DNA of 64,000 nucleotides from Macrostomum hystrix (taxonomy: Eukaryota > Animalia > Platyhelminthes), in the NCBI GenBank assembly GCA_950097015.1, contig CATNEN010000030.1, positions 1,984,001 to 2,048,000 of the forward strand. Reading direction: 5' to 3'. Shown piece by piece: positions 26,701 through 38,800 of this stretch. The notes under the pieces were generated by a model, which made no database searches, was not told the DNA's origin, and saw only the letters and a list, made by a program, of their open reading frames with translations. Each line of letters opens with the position of its first letter. The stretch's first letter is position 1. Made by a program: the position numbers and the translations under genes.

Positions 26701-29700
26701 TATCGTTGTTTCGGACCATTATTAGGATCGAAAATTAGTAGCAATTAGGGCCAGCTGAGCAGCCTCAGTGGCAGCGATTGCGCGGCGCGTATGAAGGCTG
26801 CGTACGTCTAGTCAGTCCATGGACTGGAGGTGCGCCACACCCACCCTACCGACACTCTAGCCACCCGGCTAAAACCTCCCATCCGAAAAATAAAATTATT
26901 GTTTATTTGTCTTCAGGGCAAATTTGCGTTTTTAGAGTCAATCCTAATATTTCCTTGATTTAATGTGCACTGTCTTTACTTAAACTCCAATTCAAGTGTA
27001 ACTATACTTCCAGTTGCGTAGTAATGTGATTAGTCATTTAATTAGTACATTCTGTATACAGGTGTGTTTCCTCCTTCGCTCTATAAACTGTGCAGTGAGT
27101 GTTCAAACGAACCATGCCTGTTTGCTAATTGACAATTCCCAACCACTCGGTCCGCATTAACCAGCTCCCCGAACTGCTGTCCGAACTGCGCATCGTTGCC
27201 GAGCGCGAGGAGCAGGGATCTGAAATCTCTCGACTCTTTAGTAATTAACAAAGTCGATGGCAACGGCGGCGGCGGTGGACGCTTCGATCCAGACAATCGC
27301 AGCTTTGAACGATTCGAAGTGCTGCCAGACGATGACAGGCAGTGCGCTGTGTGCAGCACCACACTGTATGTGTCCGCCATTGTCTGCCAGTGCCTACCTA
27401 GACGCCTGCTCTGTCCCAGCCACTCAGACAAGCTGTGTCCTAAGTGCACTAGCCGCTTACTCTATCGACACACTGTGCCCGAACTGAAAAAACTGGCCGC
27501 CTCTCTCAGCGAACGAACCTCCGCCCTAGAAGAATGGCGACGCGAATCTAGCGCCCTAATTGCCAGAATGCGGCGGGCTCGCAGTGTCGACCAGGCGACA
27601 TCAAAGTCAGCCGAATCTGCGACACCAGATTGCGATAGGCCTTCGCGAGAACGCCTAGTTGAACTGTGTGGCCGGGCCAGACGGAATCTGGGCATTCCCC
27701 GCAGCTGTCCACTGTTGGCCGAGCTGCGATCCGCTCTGGCATTGGCGGACCAGGCCGCTTCTATTGTTCAGGTTCGTTAGAATTTAGTTTAGTCCCAAGC
27801 TGTCAACATCCTTGTTTATTTTCTAGCTTCACGTTCAGCTCGTTCGCTGAAATATCCTTTGCACAAAACACAACAGTTGTGGAAGTATCTTTAAAGAGCA
27901 TGCCTCTACAAACACGAGAGACAACCAAATTTGAACAGGTGTTATTAAAGCCGCCGAGAGAAGAGAACACCGGCAGCAAGGGAGCCAAGGCAGCTAATAG
28001 TTCCAAGCGCGTGCCGTACGCCACATTTCAAGCATTCCGAACCAAACTGGCCGGCTTGGCCTGCACAGTGGATGGCCAGGCCGACTTCGAGTCGATGTGC
28101 ACCAAAATTGACGACTGGCTGGCCCGCTGCAGCCGTGTGCTGGATAAAGCCTGACAGGCGCCGCAGCAGTTGCCAGCGGAGCCAGCAGCGATGCCGACGA
28201 CGCCCAGACAGTCGATGAAGCCGAATCGTTGCTGACTGAAGCTGCCTCAGCTGCCTGTGTCCCTGGATGAACTGCCGAGATTGCGCGAGATTGCCACCAG
28301 ATTAGCCTGGCGTCGCGAGGTCTCTAGCCTTGTTCGCTGCGCATCCAGATGCAGCATGGCCCGCCTAGAGGAGCTTAACGCTTGTCAGCCGCCAGCGGCC
28401 GCCGTAGGCCAGCAGCTGCTGTCGAAATTTCACGCCCTTTACGATCGCACTCTGCAAATTACCTACGGCGTTAAGATTCTACTTCAAGTAACATCGACTG
28501 AGCGAGGCAGTGAAGAGTTCGACTGTACCGAGGCGCAACTGATGGTGAGTCTGATCATCTGAGAGCTGAGAACCTCAAAATAAAAAATGTCCAACTTAAA
28601 TGTATATGGTGTAAGACACACAGCTTTGCAGGTAAATGTCCCTCTGGCAAACTTCGCTATACCGTTATTGCCTTTAAATTGCTCGCACACTGACAAACTG
28701 TATTGCATTTGCAGATCGAGCAAGCTCGCCGTCTACCTGTTGACATTGATCTAGTTGACCGGCTTACCTCCCTGACCCAGTCTGTGGACAGCTGGCTTCA
28801 GACTCTATCAGGTTCCACATCCGGTGGCTGCGGCAGCCTGGCCGAGGCCGAGCGTCTGGTCCAGACCGGCCAGGCACTTGGCGTTCGCCTCAGACTTCTA
28901 GTCTCATTAGAGAATCAAATTTGTTTGGCTCAGGCCTGGCTGCGTCAGGCCGCCGACGCCTTCCTGCGTCCCGCCGATGCAGCCTCAGCTGGTGACGCTC
29001 TGGAGGACATTGAATTGGCCCTGCTATCCGCCGTGCTGCCAATCGGAGCTGACCCGCGCAACTTCGCCAACAGCAGTCCGGAGCAGGCACAGATTCTGTA
29101 CGAGTCCGCTGCCTCTAACGAGCTGCTCCAGATCGCCGGTATAAGCGACGCCGACTCTTCCATAGTTGTCGAGCGCAGCAAGCGGCCTGGCATGGACACG
29201 CTGCTTGCACTGCTAGTTGCTAACAGAGGCTTTCAGATTCGCCTTCCATCTGGCTTGGCTGTCAGCCTGCTTTCTGAGCGGGCCATCGCCTGGCGCCAGC
29301 GAGTGCACAACACCCTGCTGAGCACTGTTGAGCTGCGCGCCGCTCTGCTGCTAGTAGCCAGGGCGCTGCATTTTCGCCTGCCCCACCGGCTAATGTGGCA
29401 GCTGCGCGCCCGTCTTGGCGACTCGGCCGACGCCGAGCTGGCTGGCGTCTCAACCAGGCGGCCCAGAAAGTCTTTGCTGTTTCCTAGGGCTCCCCTAGAA
29501 TCAGACAATGATCCTGCTGACGAGCTGAACTCGGTCGACGATTCTGAAGACGCCGTCAGACGTCGCCGTGTTGATCCGGCCATCGCTGCGGCCCGCGTCT
29601 CCGGACTACGCCTGGGCACCGAGGCCCTCAGCCGATTGAACAGCCTGCTGGCCGAGGGCCGCCTACTAGAGGTTGGCACGGAGGAGATCGACTGGCTGCG

Positions 29701-29794
29701 CCTGATGCTGCGCTCGGCTAGCGCGTCAGCAACTTTCGCCGCATCTCACGCGGCTGCTGCTGGCGGCAAGCGGCCCCGCCTGCTTGAAGGCTGA
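23762..29794 (+). CDS. KDM5: KDM5/JARID1/lid H3K4 demethylase (JmjN-ARID-PHD1-JmjC-C5HC2-PLU1); four apparent single-base frameshifts in this sequence
   Basis: Exons 23762-24166, 24655-25385, 25777-26561, 27165-27771, 27939-28544, 28715-29794. Jmj[16 protein letters not shown]; PHD1 CRVC...CESC...FHTFC...WRCPGC; Jmj[26 protein letters not shown] and [13 protein letters not shown] with intact HxE...H; C5HC2 DDRQCAVC...VCQC...LCPSH. Frame breaks near 26183, 27216, 28151 and 28250. Confidence 0.95.
25424..25695 (+). mobile_element. tRNA-derived SINE family B (KDM5 intron 2)
   Basis: A box TAGCCTAGTGG, B box GGTTCGATTCCC, core gttcacccagct and cagtccatggactg, 3' ggctgcacatctgg shared with other copies. 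Confidence 0.85.
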
Positions 29795-31174
29795 CAGTGT
29801 TAAAGCCTTGTTTGTCCTAGAAGACTGAAACGCATTCTACTACTAAAAGTACTCACAAACACTTATTATTGCTTATACTAATACTATGGATTTAAGTGAA
29901 TCAACTCTTGAGCTTTCGATGTCCTGTCAGTGGTTTAACATACTTTTATCTTTGTTATGCTGATAAACATAAAATCATACTATTATTGTCCAAACTGAGT
30001 GTTGTAAGTAGTAAGATTAGTTCGTCCTAGATTTTTTTATCTTTAATCTTGCATGTTTTGAAGATGCTTCATTTAAGCTAATTTGATGTTGCCTCTGGTT
30101 TTTGAATGACTTGTTGTGTGTACATAAAAAGCGATTTTGCCTTTCTCCAATCCAACTTGACCAGTTTTTTATATAGATATTGTTGGCGATCTGTGCTTGT
30201 CTAGCAAGCGTTATTTGTACATTAGCTATTTGGCCTGCTTTGCATTGGCACATAAAATGTTTGCTTCATAATATGTTAATTCACATGTATTATTGCATAG
30301 CCGTAATGCCTTGATTGAGCAAGTAGCGAAATCCATTGGTCTCTATACTAACACTGTACGCAAGAATTAAACAGTAAAGCCTACTGATTTATGTGTACTT
30401 TACTGTATTATAGACGATTTCCATTTTACAGAAATAGTATCCCCCAGTAAAAATTTCCCGATTTCAGTTTTCTCTAGTTGCGTCTCTTGTTTCAGTTTAA
30501 CCCATCGACTTTTTTGGCACAAATAATCTATTGCCTGTGCGCTTTTCCTGACACCTGTTGATTGATTTATTACTTGAGGATCATTATTAGCCTTACCTGA
30601 ACTACTAAATAACTCACTCTACGATCTCATTTCTATGCTGGTTATGTTCATATTCTGTATAATATAATATGTAACCCGTCACTATTTAATCATTGTTTTC
30701 CCTTGAAGCTGTGACTGATAATTCAACTATTCCTCCTTGCGCTAGTGACACAATCACCATAAAACTATAACAAATATAAATGACGAGTGCAAGCGATCTC
30801 ACCCAATGTTTCCTTTCGACTTATTTTTACTTTCGCATTTTTATAGATAGATAACAGAAAGAAAGGTAAAATAACTAGCCCAGTTGGGCCAGTGGCTGTG
30901 TACAAATGTTCAGTCCATTTACTGCACGGCCCCAGCATTTTTCATGCCGGGATTCGAACTCCTGACCTCTCAGTTTCTGAATTATTCCGAAGCTCAAGCC
31001 GCTGGGCTACAAGCTGCTTATATCATAAAATCGAACGAATTTCTGAAACGTTAAGGCAACAGATTTAAAAAAAAATATTTTTGTAGAGTTCAATGAATCT
31101 TCAATAAGCGATTTAGCCTCTAAAATGGTTCGAGTTGAGATTGATGTTCCATTCCTATAACTTTAATATTACAG

Positions 31175-32720
31175 TCGGCCAACAGTAATAACGGCAACTT
31201 TAGTGGCAGCGGCTGCACACCCTGTCTCCAGTGCGGCAGGCGATTCCCTACGGAGCGAGGCGCCCGAATTCACCAGCACTACTGCCTTAGTGCTGGTGCT
31301 GCTGTTCCTGACACAGCCGCCACCGCCGCTGGCCCAGAATCAATTGTCAGTCAGGTGCCAGACGAACTCATCGTCTCTGGTGGCAGGCCGATAAAAAGCG
31401 AGCTGGATTTCGGCGATTTTACAACCGTCGACGCCGACGCAATGTCCGACGGGAATAGCAGCGGCAATGTCATTTCAATGCGATTAACAGAGTGCGTCTT
31501 CTGCTGCCGCCTGTTTGAAGTACCCTCTTCTCTGGCGCAGCATCTGCTGGAACACAATCAGCACCAGCCATTCCTGTGCTGCTTCTGTCAGCAGCCGTTT
31601 CCTAGCAGGCAGGCCCTGGACTGGCACTTTGTGCATTTGCACCGGATGCAGATACCAGCGGGCCTGCCAACTGTCAGACCTATGCCTGTCATGTCCATCT
31701 CGGGCTCAGATGAAACGCCTAGGCATACTCCGAACCAGCCTTCCGCGCCTGTGCCAACGCCTCCGCAGGTACAACAGCAGCGCGTGCTACCAACGCCATC
31801 GACTTCACCGGCGTTGCCTTCCGACCGGCCCTCTGTGCAGGTGATCAGCAGTGGCAGTGTAGAAATAAACGGACAGCAGCAACAAGCGCAGAACCAATCA
31901 TCGGAAATCAGGAAGAGTCAAGCTAATAAAAAAGACATTGTGCAACGATCGAAGCAGGCGACTCATAATCAAACCGATCGACTGGTGCAAGATCAGACAA
32001 AATTGAAGAGCTCGCAAATGCAAGGGCAGATAGCTGCCCGGACAATAAAGAATAAAATAATCAGACAAAAGCAGGCTAACAAAAGAAATTTGCCGAATGG
32101 CGCGCAGAAACGTAAAAACTCGAAGGCAGGAACGCCAGCTCGCGTACTATTCACCTGCCACCTGTGCAGCCGCAGCTCCTGGACTGAAAGAGAGCTGGCC
32201 TCTCATTTTGCCCTATGCCTGCGCCGGCACCGTCTGGACGATCCCGAGGAGGCCCGATGCCAGTTCTGCCACCGAGGCTTCAACAGCCGTTGGTTTCTGC
32301 TTAGCCATACAAGACGATGCCATGCGGGCAGGCCTCACATCACCTGCCGAGTTTGTCGGGCACTTGTTTCCAAACAGGTCGACCTTCATGCTGCACAAAA
32401 ATCTATTTAGGCGGCTGAGGCCAGATAATTCCAAGTCAGATTTGCTTGGAAAGGTTGAAGGGCCGTTGAAGGATGAGCAGAGTGAGCCATTGGAGTCCAC
32501 GACGAATAAAGATGTAGACAGGCTCACAGATGAGGCGCGGGAGGCAGCGCAGGTGCCGGAGCAGCCCGCGGCTGCTTCTAATAAGGCGCCATTAGTTTGG
32601 CGCAGCCCGAAGCACCTGGCTGCAGATCTGCGCCAGGCCACTTGGGCCGCAGCTGCCGCCGATCCTAGTAAGATTGTGTCGCCTGTGCTGGTACCTTATG
32701 TTGTGTTAGATCAGCTTTGA
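31175..32720 (+). CDS. Multi-C2H2 zinc-finger protein (about 6 fingers), one apparent +1 frameshift near 32366; start and 3' end uncertain
   Basis: Open frame from acceptor ttacag|31175. Fingers CLQCGRRF..IHQHYC, CVFCCRLF..HLLEH, CCFCQQPF..HFVHLH, CHLC..SHFALC, CQFCHRGF..HTRRCH, and CRVCRAL+FPNRSTFMLH after the frame switch into ORF 32097-32720. Confidence 0.8.
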
Positions 32721-33007
32721 ATGCTTTTCGCTATCACTACACCGATACTTTTGTCACAGCTTGACCAGAATTCCACCTATTTCGGCTCTTTACAAACTTA
32801 GCTAATGCTATACCGCCGAAAAACCGTCCATTTCTTCGTATAGCACTTTAAGTCGAATTTATGCTAAAAGATCCGCTTAAGTCAATAAATTTTAGGCAAT
32901 ATCCAAAGTGAAATTCTTTCCTATGTAAAATTGGGACGGTCAAATTTGAGCTGTCAACAAGGTTTGTCTCTCAAAGGACGCGGTCAGCACAGCTATATTG
33001 GGCGCAT

Positions 33008-33165
33008 TTCAAGGACTTCGTATTGTTGCTCAGTCCATGGACTGGAGCGGGCCATGAGCACTCTCAATTACCCCTGCTAGTGCTGATACCCATCTAACAT
33101 CCTAGTGAACTGAAGCAATGCAAAGTTTTAGTGTGAAGTCGGAAATCGAACCCCCGACCTTCATA
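33008..33165 (-). mobile_element. SINE family B, partial
   Basis: cagtccatggactg, gtgaactgaagcaatgc, aaatcgaacccccgacc. Confidence 0.7.
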
Positions 33166-33747
33166 TCTTGGCTTCTACATAGCATATTAGTATGTCTTTA
33201 TAATGAACAAAAACCGTGTTTACAGAAACAATATAGTATCAGCCTGTAAGAGCATAACTTAGTATACAATTACAATCTAGTGCTACAAAGTGCGCTTCTG
33301 TTTGTCCACTTACAGAGCTCAGGAAACAGTAGGGTCACCTGTGTAACCGTCCGTTGAGGGCCGCATATCTTATGGGTGACAACACAAAATTGTGACTGTC
33401 CCACTTTTACACGTGTCATAATCTGCTTCAAAAAAAGAAAGAGAAATGCACAAGTGCAGCATCATTGTGTACTAACCGCAATATCTCCCAGCTCTAAAAT
33501 CTTTGCTGTAAAATTCAGCTTATAATTTTGAATGCATGTTTTGTAAATAAACTTCCATTTTTTACGAGGCAGATGTTTTCCAGTTAGTCAAGACATGTCA
33601 TTCTTTCTGTCAACGACTCCCAATTCAGATAGCCTGTTTGTATCAATTGTTCATAATGGATGTTTTTTACTAACTCATTTAAGTGTATAAACTTATAATG
33701 TCTGTTTATTATTTTTCTTGCCTAAACAGCACAGAATTTAAACGCTG

Positions 33748-33917
33748 TGTACGGCTGTTCAGTCCATGGACTGTGGGGATGCCATAACCCAACAGCTGGG
33801 TGAACTGAAGCAATGCAGAGTTAAGTGTATTGCTAAAATACACTCAATTGTTTAGTGTATCCAAGAATCGAACCCCCGACCGTAAGTCGTAAGTACGACG
33901 CTCCAACCCTAGGCTAC
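33748..33917 (-). mobile_element. SINE family B, partial
   Basis: ggctgttcagtccatggactg...gctgggtgaactgaagcaatgc...gaatcgaacccccgacc...ctaggctac. Confidence 0.75.
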
Positions 33918-34822
33918 ATTCCCGGCTAAATTCAAGATTAAACAGCGCCCACCTTCTAAACTCCACAATCGACCTTCCAACTTATTTTAGACTACAACAA
34001 GAACAACTCGTAGATGCCTAATAACCAGCTTCCAAAGGCGATTAGCGAATTGGGCAACTTTCAAGATTGAACTCAGTCACTATTAGGTGACCGCATTGAC
34101 CGATTTTAAGCAAAGTGCGACGCGCTTAAATCGCATTTTGACTAATCACTGAAGGTAGATACCGATCGTTTAAGCCTATTACAGTAAAATGTCCGACTTT
34201 CACTTATAATAGTGGTTTAAAAATCACCAACAAGATTTGTTCCTTTGTTCCTTTTGTAAAGTATGCAGTTACTTTTTTGTACTTTTATTGTGCTGATGCC
34301 TAATTAAGCCTGTGCCACTTGTAGACTTGTTCAACTCTGGGAATTATTAACGTACCTGTAACAAATGGAACTTGTTTATTACTTAAATTAATCAAAGGTA
34401 AATATATAATTTACAGCAAGACCTAGCTAATCATCAACCGGTTCCGTGTTTGCTTTAATCATAAATATTGCTTTTGTTTTTTTAAAGCCTTACATGAAAT
34501 ATGAGTGTTTAACAATTTTTTTCATTATGGGGTGCTTAGTAATTATAATTAACTTATGGTTGATTCAGCAGAGTCAACGGAGGCAGTGCATTCCTATCTC
34601 TTCCATACATTCACATACGTCAGTTAAAATATTTTCAGTTTAAAACAATCTTCCATGAAATAATACCTGGTTTGAATTGTTTACCATAGGCTAAGATTCG
34701 AACTCCTGACCTATATTATTTTTAGTAGTCTAAAGCTCTCACCACTAGCCCTTATACATGCAAGTATATTATGCGCGCTGAATTGATTCTATACATTAAA
34801 AATTATGTAGCCAACAAGGTTT

Positions 34823-35243
34823 CCCGCTAAAAAATTGGGATGTTTCTTTGGGTGATTCTCAGTTGGAATCTGCGGTGTTTCCAGAAAAAGAAACAGCCGA
34901 ACGCTGGAAACATACAAATCGGATGATTCCATGCTTAGAATCTACCCAACTGGGCGTTTTCTCGGTGCTTCTTGGTGGCGAAATGGAATCACCCAAAGAA
35001 TCCTCCAGTTCGGAAGATTCCATGCTCAGAAACCGCCGAGGAATCGTCCGTAAATAGTTCTCTGGTTGTCCCATGGGCCACTGGTTCGGGTGATTCTTCG
35101 GCGGTTTCCGCACAATTTACGGTTACATCGGCTGCTTCCTGGGTGGTTTCTTTAACTCTTGCGAGATAGGGGGAATTTTGGTAGATTCCACTCCTCTTTT
35201 GCACAAAAAACCCGCCGAAGAAGCAGCCGGATTTTTTACAGGG
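34823..35243. mobile_element. Degenerate CACTA/EnSpm-like MITE
   Basis: Imperfect TIRs CCCGCTAAAAAATT.. / ..ATTTTTTACAGGG, TT on both flanks, internal recurring TTCTTCGGCGG-like subterminal motifs. Confidence 0.45.
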
Positions 35244-35451
35244 TTTTAGTGTCTAAAAACTTCAACTCGCAGCTGAGAAATTAGAAGCAAATTGCACTAC
35301 TGATTTACAATTTTTAAGTAGTATGAAGATTCGAACGGTTTAATGTGGCAACTGTGCATTTATTTCGTCGTGCACTTTGTGCGAGACTATAGAAGGGTGT
35401 ATAAGTTAAAGACATAAACTATGTTAAGCTAAGCTCATCAATAATAAAAGA

Positions 35452-35720
35452 TTACACCTGCCCCAGTTGGTCCAGATGTGCAGCCGACAGCACAGCCGCA
35501 GCTATTGCGCGGCACATCTAAAGACTGCGTATGGCTGTTCAAGTACATGGACTGCGGAGGACGCCATACTCTCAATTACCCCAGCTAATTCTGGTACCCA
35601 TTTAATAGCTGGGTAAACTGAATCGAGTGTCTCGATAAAGAACACAATGTCCCAGTGGAGTCAAGAATCGAACCACCGACTTTCTAGTCGTGAATCCGAC
35701 GCTCTGAGCACTAGGCTACA
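35452..35720 (-). mobile_element. SINE family B, near full length
   Basis: ccagatgtgcagccg, catggactg, agctgggtaaactg, gaatcgaaccaccgac, ctaggctac. Confidence 0.75.
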
Positions 35721-35809
35721 ACTGATGACTGCACAAGCGCAAACTTTAGTGGTTGCCATGGCCACACTGGACAAAGCTGTTTTCAAAGAACAGTTTTTTA
35801 GTTTCTATT

Positions 35810-38800
35810 TTAAAGTCGCTTCGCCGGCTGAGACTGGCTGCGTTTAGCCGGACGCGACTGATGGTGATGCGTCGCTGCAGTTGCTCTGCTGCTTATACGG
35901 CCAGTAGACATGGACGCCGCTTCGCTGATAGCTTGCAGGAAGTCGTCCCGCGCCTGTTGGGATCTGGTCAGGTAGGGGTTCATAACAATGACAACCCGGA
36001 TTCAGATGTACTCTCCTACCGGTTTTTCTAAAGCACGTAAATACCTAAATAGAGCGAATTTCCTATAAATGGAATCACGCTAATTTCCAGATTTATGAAT
36101 CTTTTAATCTTCTAAGTTTACAACTTCTAATTTTAATGGGAATCCTAAAAAATCCCAGATTCACAAGTGACTCAAAGTCAGCTCACCCGCAGCTCAGCTG
36201 GTGGACCAATCCCCGACTGTCCGCCAGTTCCCACAGCCACCGGCCGCCGAGTTTGCCCGACGGTTGCGCCTGCGCCAAAGTGGTTGGAACCAATGCCATT
36301 GGGGCCAATGTTTCCAAAGATTTTCTTCGGACTTAGTATGGACCACAGCTGAGACAAAAACGAAGCAGCCTGCGCTACGGTCGTCCTTGTCCTCGTCTGC
36401 GGTGTCGCCGTTGACTAAATGGGTCCCAAAGTTGAGCCACTCGACGCTGCCGTAGAGGAGCAGGCGCTCTAGGCTCAGATCCACGAGCTGCACGATTTTG
36501 AGGAGCAAAAATCAAAGGAATCTTATAGTGCTTAAATGGCGAAATCCAGCTTGCAAAACAGGGGTAGACAAACTCCGGCCAGCGGGCCAGATGCGGCCCT
36601 CGAAGCTCCTAAAACCGGCCCATTGCCACTTGCGAATCTAAAGTATCCTGTTCATATTTCCCTTGTCTCATCTCTCCCGTGTCTTACCTCTCCTGTGTCT
36701 CATCTCTCCTGTGTCTCATCTCTCCCGTGTCTTACCTCTCCTGTGTATCATCTCTCCTGTGTCTCATCTCTCCTGTGTCTCATCTCTCCTGTGTCTCATC
36801 TCTCCTGTGTCTCATCTCTCCTGTGTCTCATCTCTCCTGTGTCTCATATCTCCCGTGTCTTACCTCTCCTGTGTATCATCTCTCCTGTGTCTCATCTCTC
36901 CTGTGTCTCATCTCTCCTGTGTCTCATCTCTCCTGTGTCTCATCTCTTCTGTGTCTCATCTCTCCTGTGTCTCATCTCTCTGTGTCTCATCTCTCCCCAG
37001 CCTTATCTCTTCCCTATCTCATATTTCTACAGTCAATGCGGCCCCCTGTCGTCTTATAGGTTCTCTCTGGCCCCCTAGCTAACAAGTTTGCCAACCCCTG
37101 TTGTAAAATATCCCTAAAATCCTCGACGCTCTCTTAATCCGCTGTTTACCTCAGCGGGGTGTCCTCGCCTGTGTGCCGCCTGCAGCTGCTCAAACTTGGC
37201 GCCGAACTCTCTGTCCAAAACGCGCAGCGTCCCGACGCGATCGGCCAAGCGTCGAACAACACCCAACGCCTCTGCGGTCAATTCGAAGAAAACGTTGCGC
37301 TAGTTCAACGAAAGAAGTGACTACTAGGAGTAGTAAGTAGGGAAAATTTACCCGTCAGCCGGGTGTGCTCTTCGCTACTGACTGGAACGCAGCCTAGCAG
37401 AGCCTCCAGCAGGGCCTGGTAGCTGCCTATTCGTTCCAGCGGCTTCGTGAGCTGCCTCTCCCAACTGGCCGCTGATGCAACTGCGTCTGAAGGCGAGGAA
37501 GCGATGCTCGAGATCAGTCTCGTGGTTGGGTTCACCGTCCGGATTTATTAGGGGTTCGGCAAACAGATGTTTTATATGGCAGCACAAATTTTAACCATCA
37601 TTGGCTGTTATTATCTGTATAAGTAGTACTAGCGAGTACTTTTGTTACTAAAATAGAAAAAAAAGAATTTTCACTCCCGTCATCCAAAGGCTGATTGCAA
37701 CCGCCCACTGAAATTTCTAATTCAGGTAACATTGTTACTTATTTTACCGCTGAGTGAACTGAAGCAAAGCAGAATTGAGTTCCCTAGGGCTGAGATTCGA
37801 ACTCCTGACCTCTTGGTCTGCAGCATCTACCTTTTCCCAACAGCTTGGCGCAACGGAGGCCGCAAAGGCACAGCCGGCAGTACAGATGGTTTAGGTCGGC
37901 CTCGTTCCTCTGAAACGCGGCTGCCATGGACAGTAGGACAGTCTGTGGACAGAAGTGCATTGGGCTGGGTTGTATGTGTTCAATTTTTGTCTATGGCTGA
38001 AATCTATTCAGTGATCTACCCTGAGATCGCTAGTCTTGGACAGCGAGTCCAACGCAGCCGATGAAAACAAGGCGACCGAGTGAAACTCGGCCAGTTGTCC
38101 GATAGGCCAAGGAGAGCTTCGCCAACTCGCTCGCCTGCGACGTCGGGTGCTGCGGCAGGCTCTGGCGCAGCTCAGTGAGGCTCTGCGCCTGCTCTCGCTC
38201 TGATCTCAGCAGCTCCGACATCGTGTAGCGCAGCTGCGAATACGCGTTTGGCTGCGCGGGCGAGTCCGACCTGTTGGACCAGGAGGCCAGCGAGTTGGCG
38301 TTGCGGATGCTGGCCGAGTCGGAGGAGCGAGACGATGAGGCGACGGCGTTGGGCTGCAAAACATGGACCGAGAGAGTGAAAGCGAAGCCAGATTCACAGA
38401 ATCCCCAGATTCACGGAATCCCCAGATTCACAGAATCCCCAGATTCACAGAATCCCCAGATTCACAGAATCCCCAGATTCACGGAATCCCCAGATTCACA
38501 GAATCCCCAGATTCACGGAATCCCCAGATTCACGGAATCCCCAGATTCACGGAATCCCCAGATTCACAGAATCCCCAGATTCACAGAATCCCCAGATTCA
38601 CAGAATCCCCAGATTCACAGAATCCCCAGATTCACAGAATCCCCAGATTCACAGAATCCCCAGATTCACAGAATCCCCAGATTCACGGAATCCCCAGATT
38701 CACGGAGTCCCCAGATTCACGGAATCCCCAGATTCACAGATTCTCCAGATTCACAGAATCCCCAGATTCATGGAATCCCCAGATTCACGGAATCCCCAGA

